DNA of 62,805 nucleotides, the filler included, from Klebsormidium nitens (Eukaryota > Plantae > Klebsormidiophyceae), in assembly GCA_000708835.1 (NCBI GenBank). It is 4 parts of 4 records of this genome, joined end to end, with 100 filler letters (N's around TTAATTAATTAA, not from the genome) between each part and the next. Parts side by side here need not be neighbours in the genome. Positions count along the whole stretch, not along the records: positions 43,910 to 62,805 come from DF237942.1; 3 more parts are not named here. The stretch is one strand, 5' to 3'. The notes beneath the pieces are model-generated. The model saw only the letters and a program-made list of their open reading frames with translations, ran no database searches and was not told the origin of the DNA. Positions within the stretch are counted from its first letter, which is position 1, and every line of letters begins with the position of its first letter. Positions 51,066 to 62,805 of the stretch are shown in pieces. A program made the position numbers and the translations under genes.

Positions 51066-52539
51066 AATGGTTGGCACAACCCTCAAGTCGCTGACCAGGA
51101 GTCGTTACAAAGGTCCGACAGTGAACAGCTTTCGTTGACTCGATTACGACTCATTACGCCATGCGCATGCCTCAGTGCAACGCGGTCACTATTGATTCTG
51201 AAGTATGCGTTGACGAATTTATATTACATGTTTGCGTGGCGCGGCCGCTCACTGATATGGGGGCATGCACACTTTGATCGGGCCACGCCATGCAGGCTTG
51301 TATATGATGAAGATTGCGACATGCGAGCTTGAATTTGGCGGCTACTCCGATCCGACGTCGGTCATGCCAGCGGCTGCAGGGATGTTCCAATCATCGGGGT
51401 CATGTTTCAATGGGCATCATCATTCGATTATCATTATTTGCTTGAACATGATAAAACCACTACGGAACTGATTAGTATCTTTTACGAGACCATGATTATA
51501 CAAACCGATCGACATCCTTGGCCGGTATGCACATCATATGATATTCTTGTGGTATGTCCGTGAATTGACCGAGTCTGTACGGCACATAGTCGAATTTACG
51601 CACACGGAATGAGGACAGTCAAGTTACGTACATGTCTGGCCTGAAAGGCCAGCATGCTGCGTGACTGACGAGTCGTACAAAATGATGTTCTTGCACCATC
51701 TTGCACTGCAAAGCTACCGGGAACCACTGCCGTGCGCTGCAATCAACCTCTTGTCCACATTTTATGGACAACCGTAAAGGTGACAAGACCTCCGCACCCT
51801 ACCACGCACCACATTTGTGTTAGACCAACGTTCTTTCCGTGACTGGCCATTACCGCAGAAAACTCACCATTGCAGGTTCGACGATGAACAGAATTGCTTC
51901 ACATCAAGGAAAAGTCTTTTATCTGCATAGCGAAGCCTTGAAGGTTTGCATTACAAAGAGGTGAACGGTGGCTCGGCTCCCTGATGGAGCGACCGGCGAA
52001 GCAAGAATTCCGAAGCTGCAAAGCCGAACTTGCAAGTTACAACGCTCGCCAAAGTGGGTCTTGCGATCGACAAAGGTGCCCAGTGTTGCGCAAGAGCTAC
52101 ATCGAGTTTCTCCTGTCACCGGTTCCTCCCTTTTTGTGATGCGGCCGCTTGGTATTTCTCCACGTAGCCTTCGACCAGTGCTTCTATCTGTCCATCAGAG
52201 AGAAGAGAACTCCCGTTAAGATTCGGTTTGACAAACCCAGTAACATTAAGAATCTCAGATATGGCCGAGTATTAAATACTGCGACAGTCCCCTAGAATAG
52301 GTTCAAGACTGGACTCTACGACCTCCTTCGTCTCCTCCAGTCCCTTCCCCCAGCGGGGCAGAGAAAGCGCAAAGGTTCCTTTGCTCGAGCTTCAACTGAC
52401 ACCTTCGGCGCCGTTGAAGGAATTGATCGTCGTCGAAGCACGACGTGAATCTCAAATACCAAGACAAACCAGTGAATCCGGACTGTAGGCATTTCTTTAG
52501 GATTGGGTCTGAAACACAGCTTGACCCAGTCACGCCCAA

Positions 52540-55500
52540 ATACATCACGAACTCGTCACCGCTTGCCAGCGCCCGACATGCCACAAAGGAGCCACACTCG
52601 AATCCTGACGTACCTTGCTCCTTCGTTTTGACGTCATAAACTCCCCGTCGTTCAGCTGTTTCTCCGCGGGCGTCTGCCTTTCGAGCACCTTGGCAGTCGC
52701 CTTCTTCAGAATCGTCTTGAAGTCGTCCTTGCTGATGCCTTTGGAGTTGTACACCGGCTTGAGAACCTGCACGATAAACTACACGTCAATTCCACAAACA
52801 AAAACAAGATGCTTGTAACGTTCTGACAATAGTTGACGATTGCTCATAAGACTCAAGCGAGGATTGTCCCGAGATTATCCTCGCTGATGCCTGGGAGTTG
52901 TACACCGGCTTGAGAACCTGCACGATAAACCACACGTCGGTTCCACAAACGCACTTCTAAGATGCTTGTGATATGCTGACCAAGTATTGGCGACGGCTCA
53001 GGCCACTAAGCGTTTCGGGTCCGCTGTGAGCACTTTGAACGGCGCTACACGACAGCATCAGCAAGACGAACACCCTTCCAAAGAGAACGCAACTTGGAAA
53101 ATACACTTTCAAAAGACGCAACTTGGAAAGTCGTCGTGAGCCCACATGCCTTTTGGTCACGAAAGTCTCGGTCTGCTCTAAACAATTTCGTTGTAGACAT
53201 TGCCTAGACCAGCTAAAGGTCACTCGACGCCAGTCCCTGTGTATTTGCCGCTTGAGCAACCTTGCATTAAACATCCTCGCACGCCAGAACCAACGTCTCC
53301 GCCCAATCTCCCTCACCGCAATGACGACCTCCTGGACCGCATGCTTCCGGTCCTTCACCCCATTCCCCGCGGCCGCGTCAACGCGCCGCGCCGCCTTCTC
53401 CGCGGACGCCCATGTCTGCGCTGGGTCGTACTCGTAGTTGATTCCGCTGCCTCCCCCATCATTCTCTAGGACTGGCCACCCCCCGCCGGGCCCGTTCGTG
53501 GAAGCCCCTCCACCTTGCCGCGTCTCCTGGGGCCCTCCCGCCGTGGGCCCGCCCGCCGGACCCACCCCCCCTACCGCTGGCGGGGGTGCAACCAAGCCCG
53601 CAAGAGGGATCCCCGGACTCGGTTGAGTTGCGGGAGCGTCCCTAGGGGTTTGCGACTGCCCGACGTTCTCGGCCCCCTGGAAGGCATCTTGCAGCCCCGC
53701 CAGGAGCGCCGACGCTTCGGTGATGTCAGCTTCTCCCAGCGCTGAAGCTGTCGGCCCCGGCGCCACGTCATCCTCCCCAAACGGGTCGTACTCCTCCTCT
53801 GGACTGACCGTCCCCGCCCCTACCTGCTTCGCTGCTCCTTCCGAGCTGCCCAACCCCGTCCCTGTGCTTGGCACCGAGCCTGCTCCAATCCCCTGTCCAG
53901 CGTTCATCGCAGTAGGTCCCATGGGAACGCCTGGCTGCGATACGGCCCCCGCAAAAGCAGCCACATGCCCGTTCTCGTTCTCCTTCACCGCCGCTCCCGC
54001 AACCTGCCCGTCCACTGCGCCCCTCAAGCTGCCCGGACCGCCGGTCCCCTGCACCCCCCCTGCGACGTCCTTCTCGCTCCCCTCCTTGCGCGCTATCTCG
54101 TGGCTCCCCCTCCCGTCCCGCACCCTCGGGTCCACGGGCTGCCCCTTTCTTCCCTCCGCGCCCCGCTCCTTCTCGTGGCTCCGCCGCTTCTCCAGCGCTC
54201 TCAAGTCTCCCGACGACCCCTTCCCTTTTTCGTGCCCCCGCTTCTTCCCGTCCGACGGCGGTGCACGTGCCGCCTCTGCCGGGGACGCCGTCTCCCGTGA
54301 GTTTCTCCAGTCCTCCGAGCGGAGCCGCTCGGGCGGCGCGCGCTTGTCTTCCGGCCGCTTGTCCTTTTTGGCGTACTTGGAGAAGGAGACAATCTCGGGC
54401 AGGGCCGACATGCTGCTCGTCAGGCGGTCCTCCGCGGCCTTAAGCGCCTGAGACAGAGAAGAACGTGCTTCATCAATGTCAAAATGGGCGCCGCCAAACC
54501 AGGACCTCTCTGTGGATCGGACGTTAAAGATTTAAGGGTTAGGGAAACGACGGACGAGCGTCAGTACAGCCGCGACATCCTAAAGAGTTCACTCGAAGAA
54601 GCAAAACTCTGAAATTGGGATAGTCGACGCGTGAGGGACCATTAACAAATCACGAATTGAAGATAGCCTTCCAGCAAGTTCGTGAGTCGCTGATTGCAGC
54701 GAGAGGCAGAAGGTTGACAGATGCTATTGAACCTTGCTAGTCATCAAGCGAGACGAGCGCTCAAGTACAAGTGGCAAAGACCTTGACCATCGAGACCAGA
54801 GAACCCTTTCGACCAATTCAGGCAAACTCCATCTCAAGCCATGCAACTGCATCCTCTACCGCCCCCGCGTACCTCTTCAGCGGCAAGCGCCGCCGCTTCC
54901 GCCTCCTCCGCCGCTTTCTTCAACGCCAGCTCCGCTTCTGAGAGTTCCTTCGCCGCCTCTTCCCGTACGGGCTCCTCAATCTTCACCACCTGAGTCTCCT
55001 CAGCTGTTGGCTCCGGCACTGAGGCTGCCAGAAGCTTCGGACTGACAGAGCGCTGCTGGGCGAGACGCAGCGCCTTTTGGCGCTTGAAGATGGCGATCCA
55101 GCGGTCGACTAGCTCCTTGGCGAGAACGCGGATCTCTCGGCTGGGGTGCGCCAGCGCCTTCTCGCGGACTGTCCGCGCCACGCCTGTCAGGAAGAGGCGG
55201 CCGATAAGACGACCCAGGTAGGCACTGTGAGCGCCGACGCTGATAGGGTGCCACAGCAAGCCGTTCTCCCCGCAGTGCCAGGGTCTTTCTGATAAGCAGC
55301 TTCACAAACTTGGACAGCAAAGCAGGACTCTCGCGTATGAAATGAAACGACCATTTTAAACGACGATATCCTGTTCAGAAGCTCTCGAGGCCGTCTCTTC
55401 AACAAACGCAAAGCCCAGTCAGCCTCTTCCCACCGCATCTGCATTCTGTTCAACCCAAGGTCCTGCCAAGTTGGCCAGAGCCATACACTACGATTGTCAA

Positions 55501-58500
55501 ACCATCCGCACTCTGTTGGAACCGCAATTACTGTCCACTTGGCCAAAGGCGTACACTTGAGTTCTTACCCGACACCTTGACCGCCCCCAGGTCCACCGCC
55601 GCGACCAGCAGGATTTTGAGCCCCAGCCGCAGCAGCTGCGTCCCGGACGTGTCCGCCGCCAGCGCGTCCGCCATCCAGCCGTCCAACACCTTCAGCCCGG
55701 CACGGGTGCCCGCAAAGCTTCGGAGCTCGCGGTCCGGTAGCTGCAGACAGCACATTCAAACATTAGCCCTTCGTATTGCTTGGATCTTATATAAAAGGGG
55801 GCCAGAGTATCTACTGATGGAGGCCCCAAATGTCATCCCGTCGCGAACCTGCAGCACTATGAGTAATCAGCCCTCCGTTTTGGACTTTAGAAGAAAGCCA
55901 GAATACCGACTGAGGAGGCCCCTTATGTCACCCTCCTGTTGAGTTGTGGAAGTGTTTCAGCTGGAAACCTGGTGTGCTAGTTGGGATTTGCTGATTGACG
56001 GAACTCGTGTTGTGCTTCTTTCTGACTTGAAAATCTGGTCTTGTCAAGAAAAACAACATGGAAAGGCAAGTTTGCTGGACAAAACAGTGCGTGCATCATT
56101 TGGACAAATCTTCGACAATTCGGGCCTCGTCCCAAAAGCAGCGGCCCACCTGCACCAGCTTGTTGGCCAGCGCGCTCCGACCTCCCGGAGTGCGCGTCGA
56201 CGCCAAGAGAGATTCCAGAACGGACACGCGCGTCTCGGGCGTGGAGTGCTCGACCTTGTAAACCACTTCGCGAATCTCGGCCTTGGAGTCGTCAGCGGTC
56301 TTGCGCGCCGACACGAGCGCTTCCTCTTCCGCTAAGGTGTCGCGGTTGTGCTCCAGGAGGTGCGCGATGCGGACGGCCTCGCGCAGCCCACTCAGCATGG
56401 CGCCGCCCACCGTATCGGGGTGCTCCTGAAACGAGCGAGGGGAAGTTTTTAGAAGGCCGAAGGTCTCCAGGAGACATCCGAAGGAGACACGATAGGGTGC
56501 TCTTGACATAAGTGCTAGCCGGAGCCCACCGTCGAAGAGCCTGAGGTTTGAAAAGGGGTCAAGGAAACTCTTCTGACAACGACCATGATTGTCTGATGTG
56601 TCGACATCAGGAACGTTACACCTGTTTTGACATAATCGTGTGGGCCGATTGACCAAGTAACCCGGATCCCGTTTTCAATTCTTCAAGGGCGTGGTGGGCA
56701 AAGAAGGTCTCCAAAGATAGCTTTGGGAGCTGTGGACCACATGAATGCGCAATGTGACGGAGCCAACTTGTTGCAGAGCTATGGTAATAGAAAATATGTC
56801 ATGAATTCTAATAAACCCTGAAACGAGCGCCCGAGGTCCTCACCCTACACGTGGCCTCTCCCGCAAAGAAGAGCGCCTTCTCCACGGGCGCCGCCATCAG
56901 GTCGTAGTCCTTTCCCGTTGCTCCCACCGCCACGTATGAGTACGCCCCCCGGCTGAACCGGTCGCTGCCCCAGCGCGTGACACGTGTGGTCGACGGCTCC
57001 GGCACAGCGTCGGGGCCAAAGAGCCGCCGGAGGACCGCCACTGCGTGACCGATGACGTCAGCATCGGGCCGGGCCTCAGCGGCTTGGGCTGCCTCACCGA
57101 CGATGAGCGCGAGAAGGATTGGCTGACCGCATACCCTCTGCGCAAACAGGAGACGGATAAAGTTCGAGTGAGTACTACCATAAAGGTCGTGGGTCGGAAT
57201 CAGGCTATCAGGACGACAAGCAAAATAAGCTTCATACATTCTGCCAGAACTTAATAAGCTTTCCTGAAAATGCCTTCAGAAGCAGCTCCTAGCGCGTCCC
57301 TTCGGACGAAGAATCCGTGTTCACACCCACGAGCTCCGCTCTACCGGGCCTAGATGACTTGTAAATGCAACCACGAACGACAACGAAACGAACCTCGATG
57401 CAAATCTTTCGGAGGCGCTTCGAAACATTTTCAGAAGAATAGTACAAAAGGCCGACAAAAAGATTGGAATGCCCCTCACGTGCAGGTTCCAGAACATGAA
57501 GCAGTTGCCCCGGTCGTGCCCGTCCTCCACCGCAGCCCCGAAGTAGTCCACCGACGTGTCCCAGAAACACGTCGGAAACTGCATCACCACCTTGTTCAGG
57601 TTGCCATACCCTAGCCGCTGGATGACCTCCTGCTTCCAATCAGGCAGGGGCGGGGAGAACCGCACGTCGCCCGCTTTCAAGCAGCCAAGGGGAGCGGTCA
57701 GCAGCACGGCGTCGCAGGAAAACGTCTCCCCAGCGACGGTTTTGACGGACGGGGGATCTGCCGACTTGCTGGTGCTCGGTGAAGGGGGGTACGAGATTTC
57801 GGACACCACAGAGCCCAGCCGGACGTCCAGGTCCTCTGCCAGAGCTTCGATCACGTGGCCATACCCTGTATCAATCGGACATACGTGAGCTTCCCAGTAT
57901 CAATTGACAAAAGCGCACCTTGTCTATCATGAAACTGGTCGTGGGTGCATGTCACAGGTTTCAGGCTTGATGAATGCCTCCGCTTTTGAGAGACCGGGGC
58001 GTTCGCGATAGAACTCTCCTTGTTTGAAAAGCGCTAAAAAAGGGAGGGGGGGATCAGGCAGCCTACGGGCCTGGATCTCGCAATTGCAAGTGCTCGCTCA
58101 TTCTGCAGGCCAGGGTATCGCCTGTGACCTTCTGCAAAGACCCAGTCGAGAGCAGAAAACAGCAAACCGATGTGGAGTGGTAGCCAAGACAGAAACTCTC
58201 ACCTCCCTTGACCATGCAGTGCGCCCCTCCGAAGCCCCCAAACGGATCGTCCTGGTTCCAGTGCGGCAGCGACACGAGCCCCAGCGGGGCAGCACAACCG
58301 TACTCCAAGTTGGCGTAGTGCCAATCCAGGACTCGCCTCTCCTCGGGAGTAATGAAACCCTCAACGCCTAACCCATTCTCTTCGTGATCCGTCCCGGGTC
58401 CCGCGTCTGGTTCCTGGCCCGAATGCACAACCGCCCCCGAGCGACTGCTCAGGTCCTTGGTAGCTGAACCTTCTTCTACTGGCAATCCTAGCCTAAGGGC

Positions 58501-61500
58501 GACCTCGTTTGACGTAGCTGTACCTGCTTCTACGCTCATTGCTACTGCAGTACTGACTGGCGCGAGGGCTGCTGGATCCATGTCCACATCTCCGCTGGGC
58601 CTGCTGACTAAAGGCCCATTTGGTTGTGGAGCTGATGAGGATGCAACCCGCCTTGCTTTCTGCCGCCGGGAGAGGAGCGCCGCTTCAAGCCCCTCTTCCA
58701 GCGACATGCTGGCGACTTCTGCCTTGTCGGCTGGGATAAGGGCCTGGAGTGACCACCAGAATGGAAAAAGGTTCATGAATTTCCTACATTGATGATCCCT
58801 TGATCCCACAGGATTGCCAGAGGGAAAGCTTGGTCTCAGGGCGACTTTACAACGAGGATTCGGAGCCCCCACTAGTTGACTCAGAGTTGCTCCTGCCACC
58901 GCGAACAAGACAAAGTAGGCTGCCCCCAAGGGCTCCAGTTTCTGTCACAGCCGGCGGCTTACTGCCCCCAATAATTCCCTCTACTGAGCAGTTTTGGAGG
59001 CAGTAGATCACCAACAATCTATTTGCTGCGCATGATAAACGGTTCTCACCGTATCGTCCAGCAGGGCGTTGAACTCCGCCTCAAGCGCTGTATCCACTTC
59101 CGGTGTGACAAGCGCCCCCGTGACCACATCATACAGCGGGCAAAGCTGCCCGAGGGGAACGCACTCGGTGCCCAGCTGCTTGCACACTAGTGCGCTGGGG
59201 TCTGGCTGCCTCTCCCCCACTACATCGGCCTCAATGCCGGTGATGATGCTGGCGCCAAGATCAACCGGAGCAGAAAAGGTCTTCTTGTCGGTGTGCACGC
59301 GGCCCCCCACCCGCTTGCGCGCCTCAATGACAATGACCTAGAGCAGGGCAATCAGATATGAGCTCGGAGGATTTTCTCGTGGCGGAAGAACACTCTCTTG
59401 AGCAGCCAAGCGCAGTTACAGCAGCGCACTTCACTTTGAGGAGCGAGACAGGAGAGGGCATACGAGGGAAGCAGAGAAGACATGCAGAAGAAGAACTGGA
59501 GCATGGTGTGTTATAAATAAACCTTCTCTGTCAGGCCCTGCCCAAAGCAGGTGTTCCAAAAAGCTGCCGCTGTCAACGTAGAGGACAGCGAACTCTGGCT
59601 TTCTAAACAACACCAACTCTGGTCGACCGAAAGGGACAAAAGTATGAGCACAGAATTGGACAAGCGAAAAGCAAACAGCGTACTTTCAAGATGCAGATGC
59701 ATGCTGCTTGTGTGCGGAAGCCAGGAAAGCGAAGAGCCCACGCTGAAAATAAACTCAACTCCTTTTTACAAGCATCAGGAATCATACGGGGCCCCTTGAT
59801 AATTTCAAAGGCAACAATAAGCTTTAACGGTAGAGTGCAAAACTGAAGCAACAATGACCGCCTGGAGATGATAGCACAATCGACAACGAAGTCTCAAAAG
59901 AGTAGGAGGCCGTCAACAAGGACAAAGCGTCAGACTTGGTTCATCTATGACTCTGAACATCTCAGGACACTCAAGAAGCTGGCTGCCCAGCATAGCTCCA
60001 CAATCCAATTTAGCAAGCCTCCTCCACGGCAACCAACCAGATGGCTCTGAAGGCACCACGAGAATTTTAACAACCGAGATCAGAAAGTGTGAAGCGTGAA
60101 GCATGTTTAAAGTCGGTGCCTCACCTCCAGTCCCAGTCTTTGCATGTGCCGCGCGGCAGCTAACCCTGCTGGCCCCGCCCCCACCACAACGACCCTCCGC
60201 TTCTTTCGCTCCTCCTCCTTCTTGCCCTTCTTCCCAGCACTGTCCAAGACCCCGGCCGCCTTCTCATCATTACCATCTGCAGAACCAGGCTTTTCCACCT
60301 CGGCCTTCACTGCAGGCTTCCCCTTCGCTCTCCTCAGGCCAAGGTCCTCATCGTCAGTGTCGTCCTCGACCTGACCCGTTCTCAAGAATGCCTCAATATG
60401 TGCCCTCAAAAGTTTCTTTTTGTCTGTCAAGTCCAGACCCAGCTTGGCCTCCAGCTGCTTTCTAAGCTGCCGCTCTGTCAGCGTCTGCAAATCCGCCGCA
60501 CGGAGGAGCGCCCGCAGGCCACGTACTACCTCCTTTTCTGAAACAGCTTTCGGTTCTTCAACAGGCATCGTTGCAGCCTCAGCCTTAGATGCCGTAGCTT
60601 CGTCATTTGGAACATTTTGCTCCTGCTTTACTTCCTTCGTTTCCGTCCTGTTTGCGGAAGCGTCTGCTTCCTTCTTCGAGGTCTCAACGGCCACTTCCAT
60701 TGCAGCAACTCCAGCAATTTCTATTTCACTCCCAACCAACCCGCCCTCCTCTTTGATTGCAGCAGCTGGCTCAACTATCACCTGGGTCGCATCCACTCCT
60801 CCACTGCCATTCTCGTCAGCTTCAAGAAACTCTACCGTCATGCCAACAGCATCCTCTCCCTGGCCCGCTGCTTCTAATTTGACTGGGACGTCCCCCTTCT
60901 CTGAAACTGCCCCCTTTTTCCGGGCCAGCGCACGTCTGCTACCAGCAATCCCACAGTTGATGAAACCCCGCCGGTCGAGGAACTCAAAGACCTCCCGGAT
61001 GAGAGGAGCCCCGGGGGACTCTCCAGGAGTGGCTGTGGGGGTCACCTTGCAGTCAGTGAGTTGGAGGACCCGGGATATGTCCTTCTCCCAGAGCGCCAAG
61101 ACCAGGTTCCTGTGTAAGAAACCAGAATCACATGAGTTCAATAACGTCAACATACAGCAACCTGTCTTCGAATGGAAGTTGGAAGTTAATAGAAAATAAC
61201 CATGTAGGGGACTCTGGGAGGCCTGCATGTACTTGCCAACCAAAGTCCAGCCTGAAAGGCGGTGCTTCCCAATCTGCAATTAATCCTTTGCTGACATTCC
61301 TCTGATCAAACTCAGAACCTTCCCATCTTATTACAATGTTCGATATTTGGACACCATAAGTTCGGGGACTATCGTGTTTGGACACCACGACTTTCCTTCT
61401 CCTCACCTACCTTTGACCCTTGCCCAGTCGAAATAGAAGCAACCTGTAGAAGCAAAGCTTTTGAAGAAGGCAGCGATTGCTTAGAAAGAAATCATTATCG

Positions 61501-62790
61501 GCTGCTGATCCAGACGGTCTCTGGTGACCAACTGGCTGTGGGGGAAGTCTATTCACCTACCTTGCAGCGAGGTAATCTTCTTTGCCCGCCCTTTTCTTGA
61601 GCTGCTCTTTGAACCTGATCAACTCGGATGGAAGCAGCACCTTTGCCTTAAGCCCGGCGGTGACTGCAGCAAACACCCCCGGTTCTACTTCCACACGTTG
61701 CCCCTTTGGACCTGCAAGTTGGTCAGGGGGTGTCAAGGGGCACAACGCAAGCAGCTTACTTCAGAATGGAACCTACACCAATGTAGGGCAAAATCAACAC
61801 ATGTTTGCGGGGAGTGCCTACCGAGCTTTATGCTGATTGAATGGCATCTTACATAACAAACCAAACATGTAGGGGAAAAAACACCAGAGATAGTGTCATC
61901 TTTTAGAACATCCGTAGCTTTAATCAGGGGCAATCTGTCTTTTGCAGGGTGGTTTGGGGAGGAAAAGGCAGAACATGAGGTAGGACTAGTGTTCAAGCTT
62001 TCTGCTTTGCCAGACCAATGAGACTGGAGCAACATCCTACCTGTAGCTGCGATGCCTCCTAGGAGATTCCGGCGATGGCCAGCCTTCCCCCGCTCAATCA
62101 ATGTTTCCCAATCTTCATCTCCCTCATACAGGAACTCTGCATCCCTCTTCCTTTTCAGCTGCCTTTGAACCCTCTGTACGCGCACCGGTGGTGCTTTGGC
62201 CAGAACCTCGTCTGCTGATGAAGGCGGCTTCCACTCGGGGTCAGCGGTGGCGCCTAATCTGTCAATGGAAGCCCCAGCAGCTAGCTCTGATGCTCCCGAA
62301 CCTACCATCGATGCAGGATGGCCGTCAACTGCAGCTGCTGGCAGCTGCACACCCGACTCCAGACCCGACGTCAGCATTCCGTCTGCGTCCCTTTGCAACG
62401 AGACCGACATGTGACCAGCATTCTCCGGCAGGGCTTTGTCTGCAACATCAGGCCACCCTGGCTCGTCTGGCGTCAGCTGATCTGCTAACTCCAGCAAGGT
62501 GCTTGAGTTGAGCACCACTTCTTCAATGGAGTTTGTCATCACAGCCTCCTGCACCGTCTCCTTGCCCAGGGGGTGCGGCGCGTACTCGTCGACGTCCATT
62601 GCATCGGTGCCTGCTTCCGGAAGAGGCGGCCCTGCTCCAATCAAAGCCCTGCTGGCATCCATGGCAGTAGGGACCTCCTTTTCTCCTCTCAAATGCTCAG
62701 AACCCTCCATTGCAGCACCTGCTGGTGGTCCAGGTGTATGTGCAGGGCCTCGCGCTCTCTGCGTAGCCAGCCACACTCACACACAAAGCG
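52540..62790 (-). CDS. LDL3: Lysine-specific histone demethylase LDL3-type (SWIRM, DEK_C-like insert, FAD amine oxidase, TFIIS-N-like, SRI-like C-terminus); 5' end probably outside the window
   Basis: YEGDEDWETLIE; AAVTAGLKAK; SWIRM NLVLALWEKD…FEFLDRRGFINCGI; VVVVGAGPAGLAAARHMQR; EARKRVGGRVHT…VDLGASIITG; LDWHYANLEYGCAA; LGYGNLNKVVMQFP; RWGSDRFSRGAYSYVAVG…FFAGEAT…EHPDTVGGAMLSGLREA; HPSREIRVLAKELVDRW; VLKPVYNSKGISKDDFKTILKKATAKV. Last exon boundary is uncertain. Confidence 0.92.
52727..52952 (-). repeat. 151-bp-offset duplication of an LDL3 splice acceptor and exon start
   Basis: gctgatgcct…gagttgtacaccggcttgagaacctgcacgataaac…cacgtc…ttccacaaac at ~52730-52800 and ~52883-52950. Confidence 0.9.
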
Positions 62791-62805
62791 GCCTAGAGCA
62801 GGCAC

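Noticed and set aside
53720-54451. Long plus-strand ORFs (53720-54451, 60420-61199, 36120-36626)
   Set aside because: Antisense shadows of GC-rich exons of LDL3 and SAS10.
35018-62790. SAS10, SC35 and LDL3 as a functional chromatin/RNA gene cluster
   Set aside because: Ordinary single-copy nuclear genes; adjacency alone is not evidence of a system.

Overview
Eukaryotic, intron-rich nuclear DNA from a green alga or streptophyte. It is most consistent with a Klebsormidium-like charophyte, inferred from gene and retroelement content and not verified. Three assembly gaps carry TTAATTAATTAA linkers. The left ~14 kb is a nest of degenerate LTR retrotransposons: (1) a Ty3/gypsy-like remnant with gag (CCHC), an aspartic protease and a C5 DNA cytosine methyltransferase showing motifs I-IV, VI, VIII, IX and X in order; (2) two convergent Copia gag-protease deletion derivatives; (3) a Copia RT/RNase H fragment whose RNase H C-terminus is inverted. 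The remainder holds spliced genes: a prokaryote-type P-loop ATPase (-), mitochondrial ribosomal DAP3/mS29 (+, 3' end not found), a PARP-like ADP-ribosyltransferase with an in-frame stop that the ORF track misses (-), a Sas10/Utp3 gene with what looks like a neuroguidin/Lcp5 C-terminal segment (-), SC35 splicing factor (-), and an LSD1-like LDL3 demethylase with an apparent DEK_C insertion (-, 5' end probably outside the window). Introns of two genes contain ~135-160 bp tandem duplications of splice acceptor plus exon start. All domain calls come from manual translation and motif recall; no database search was run.
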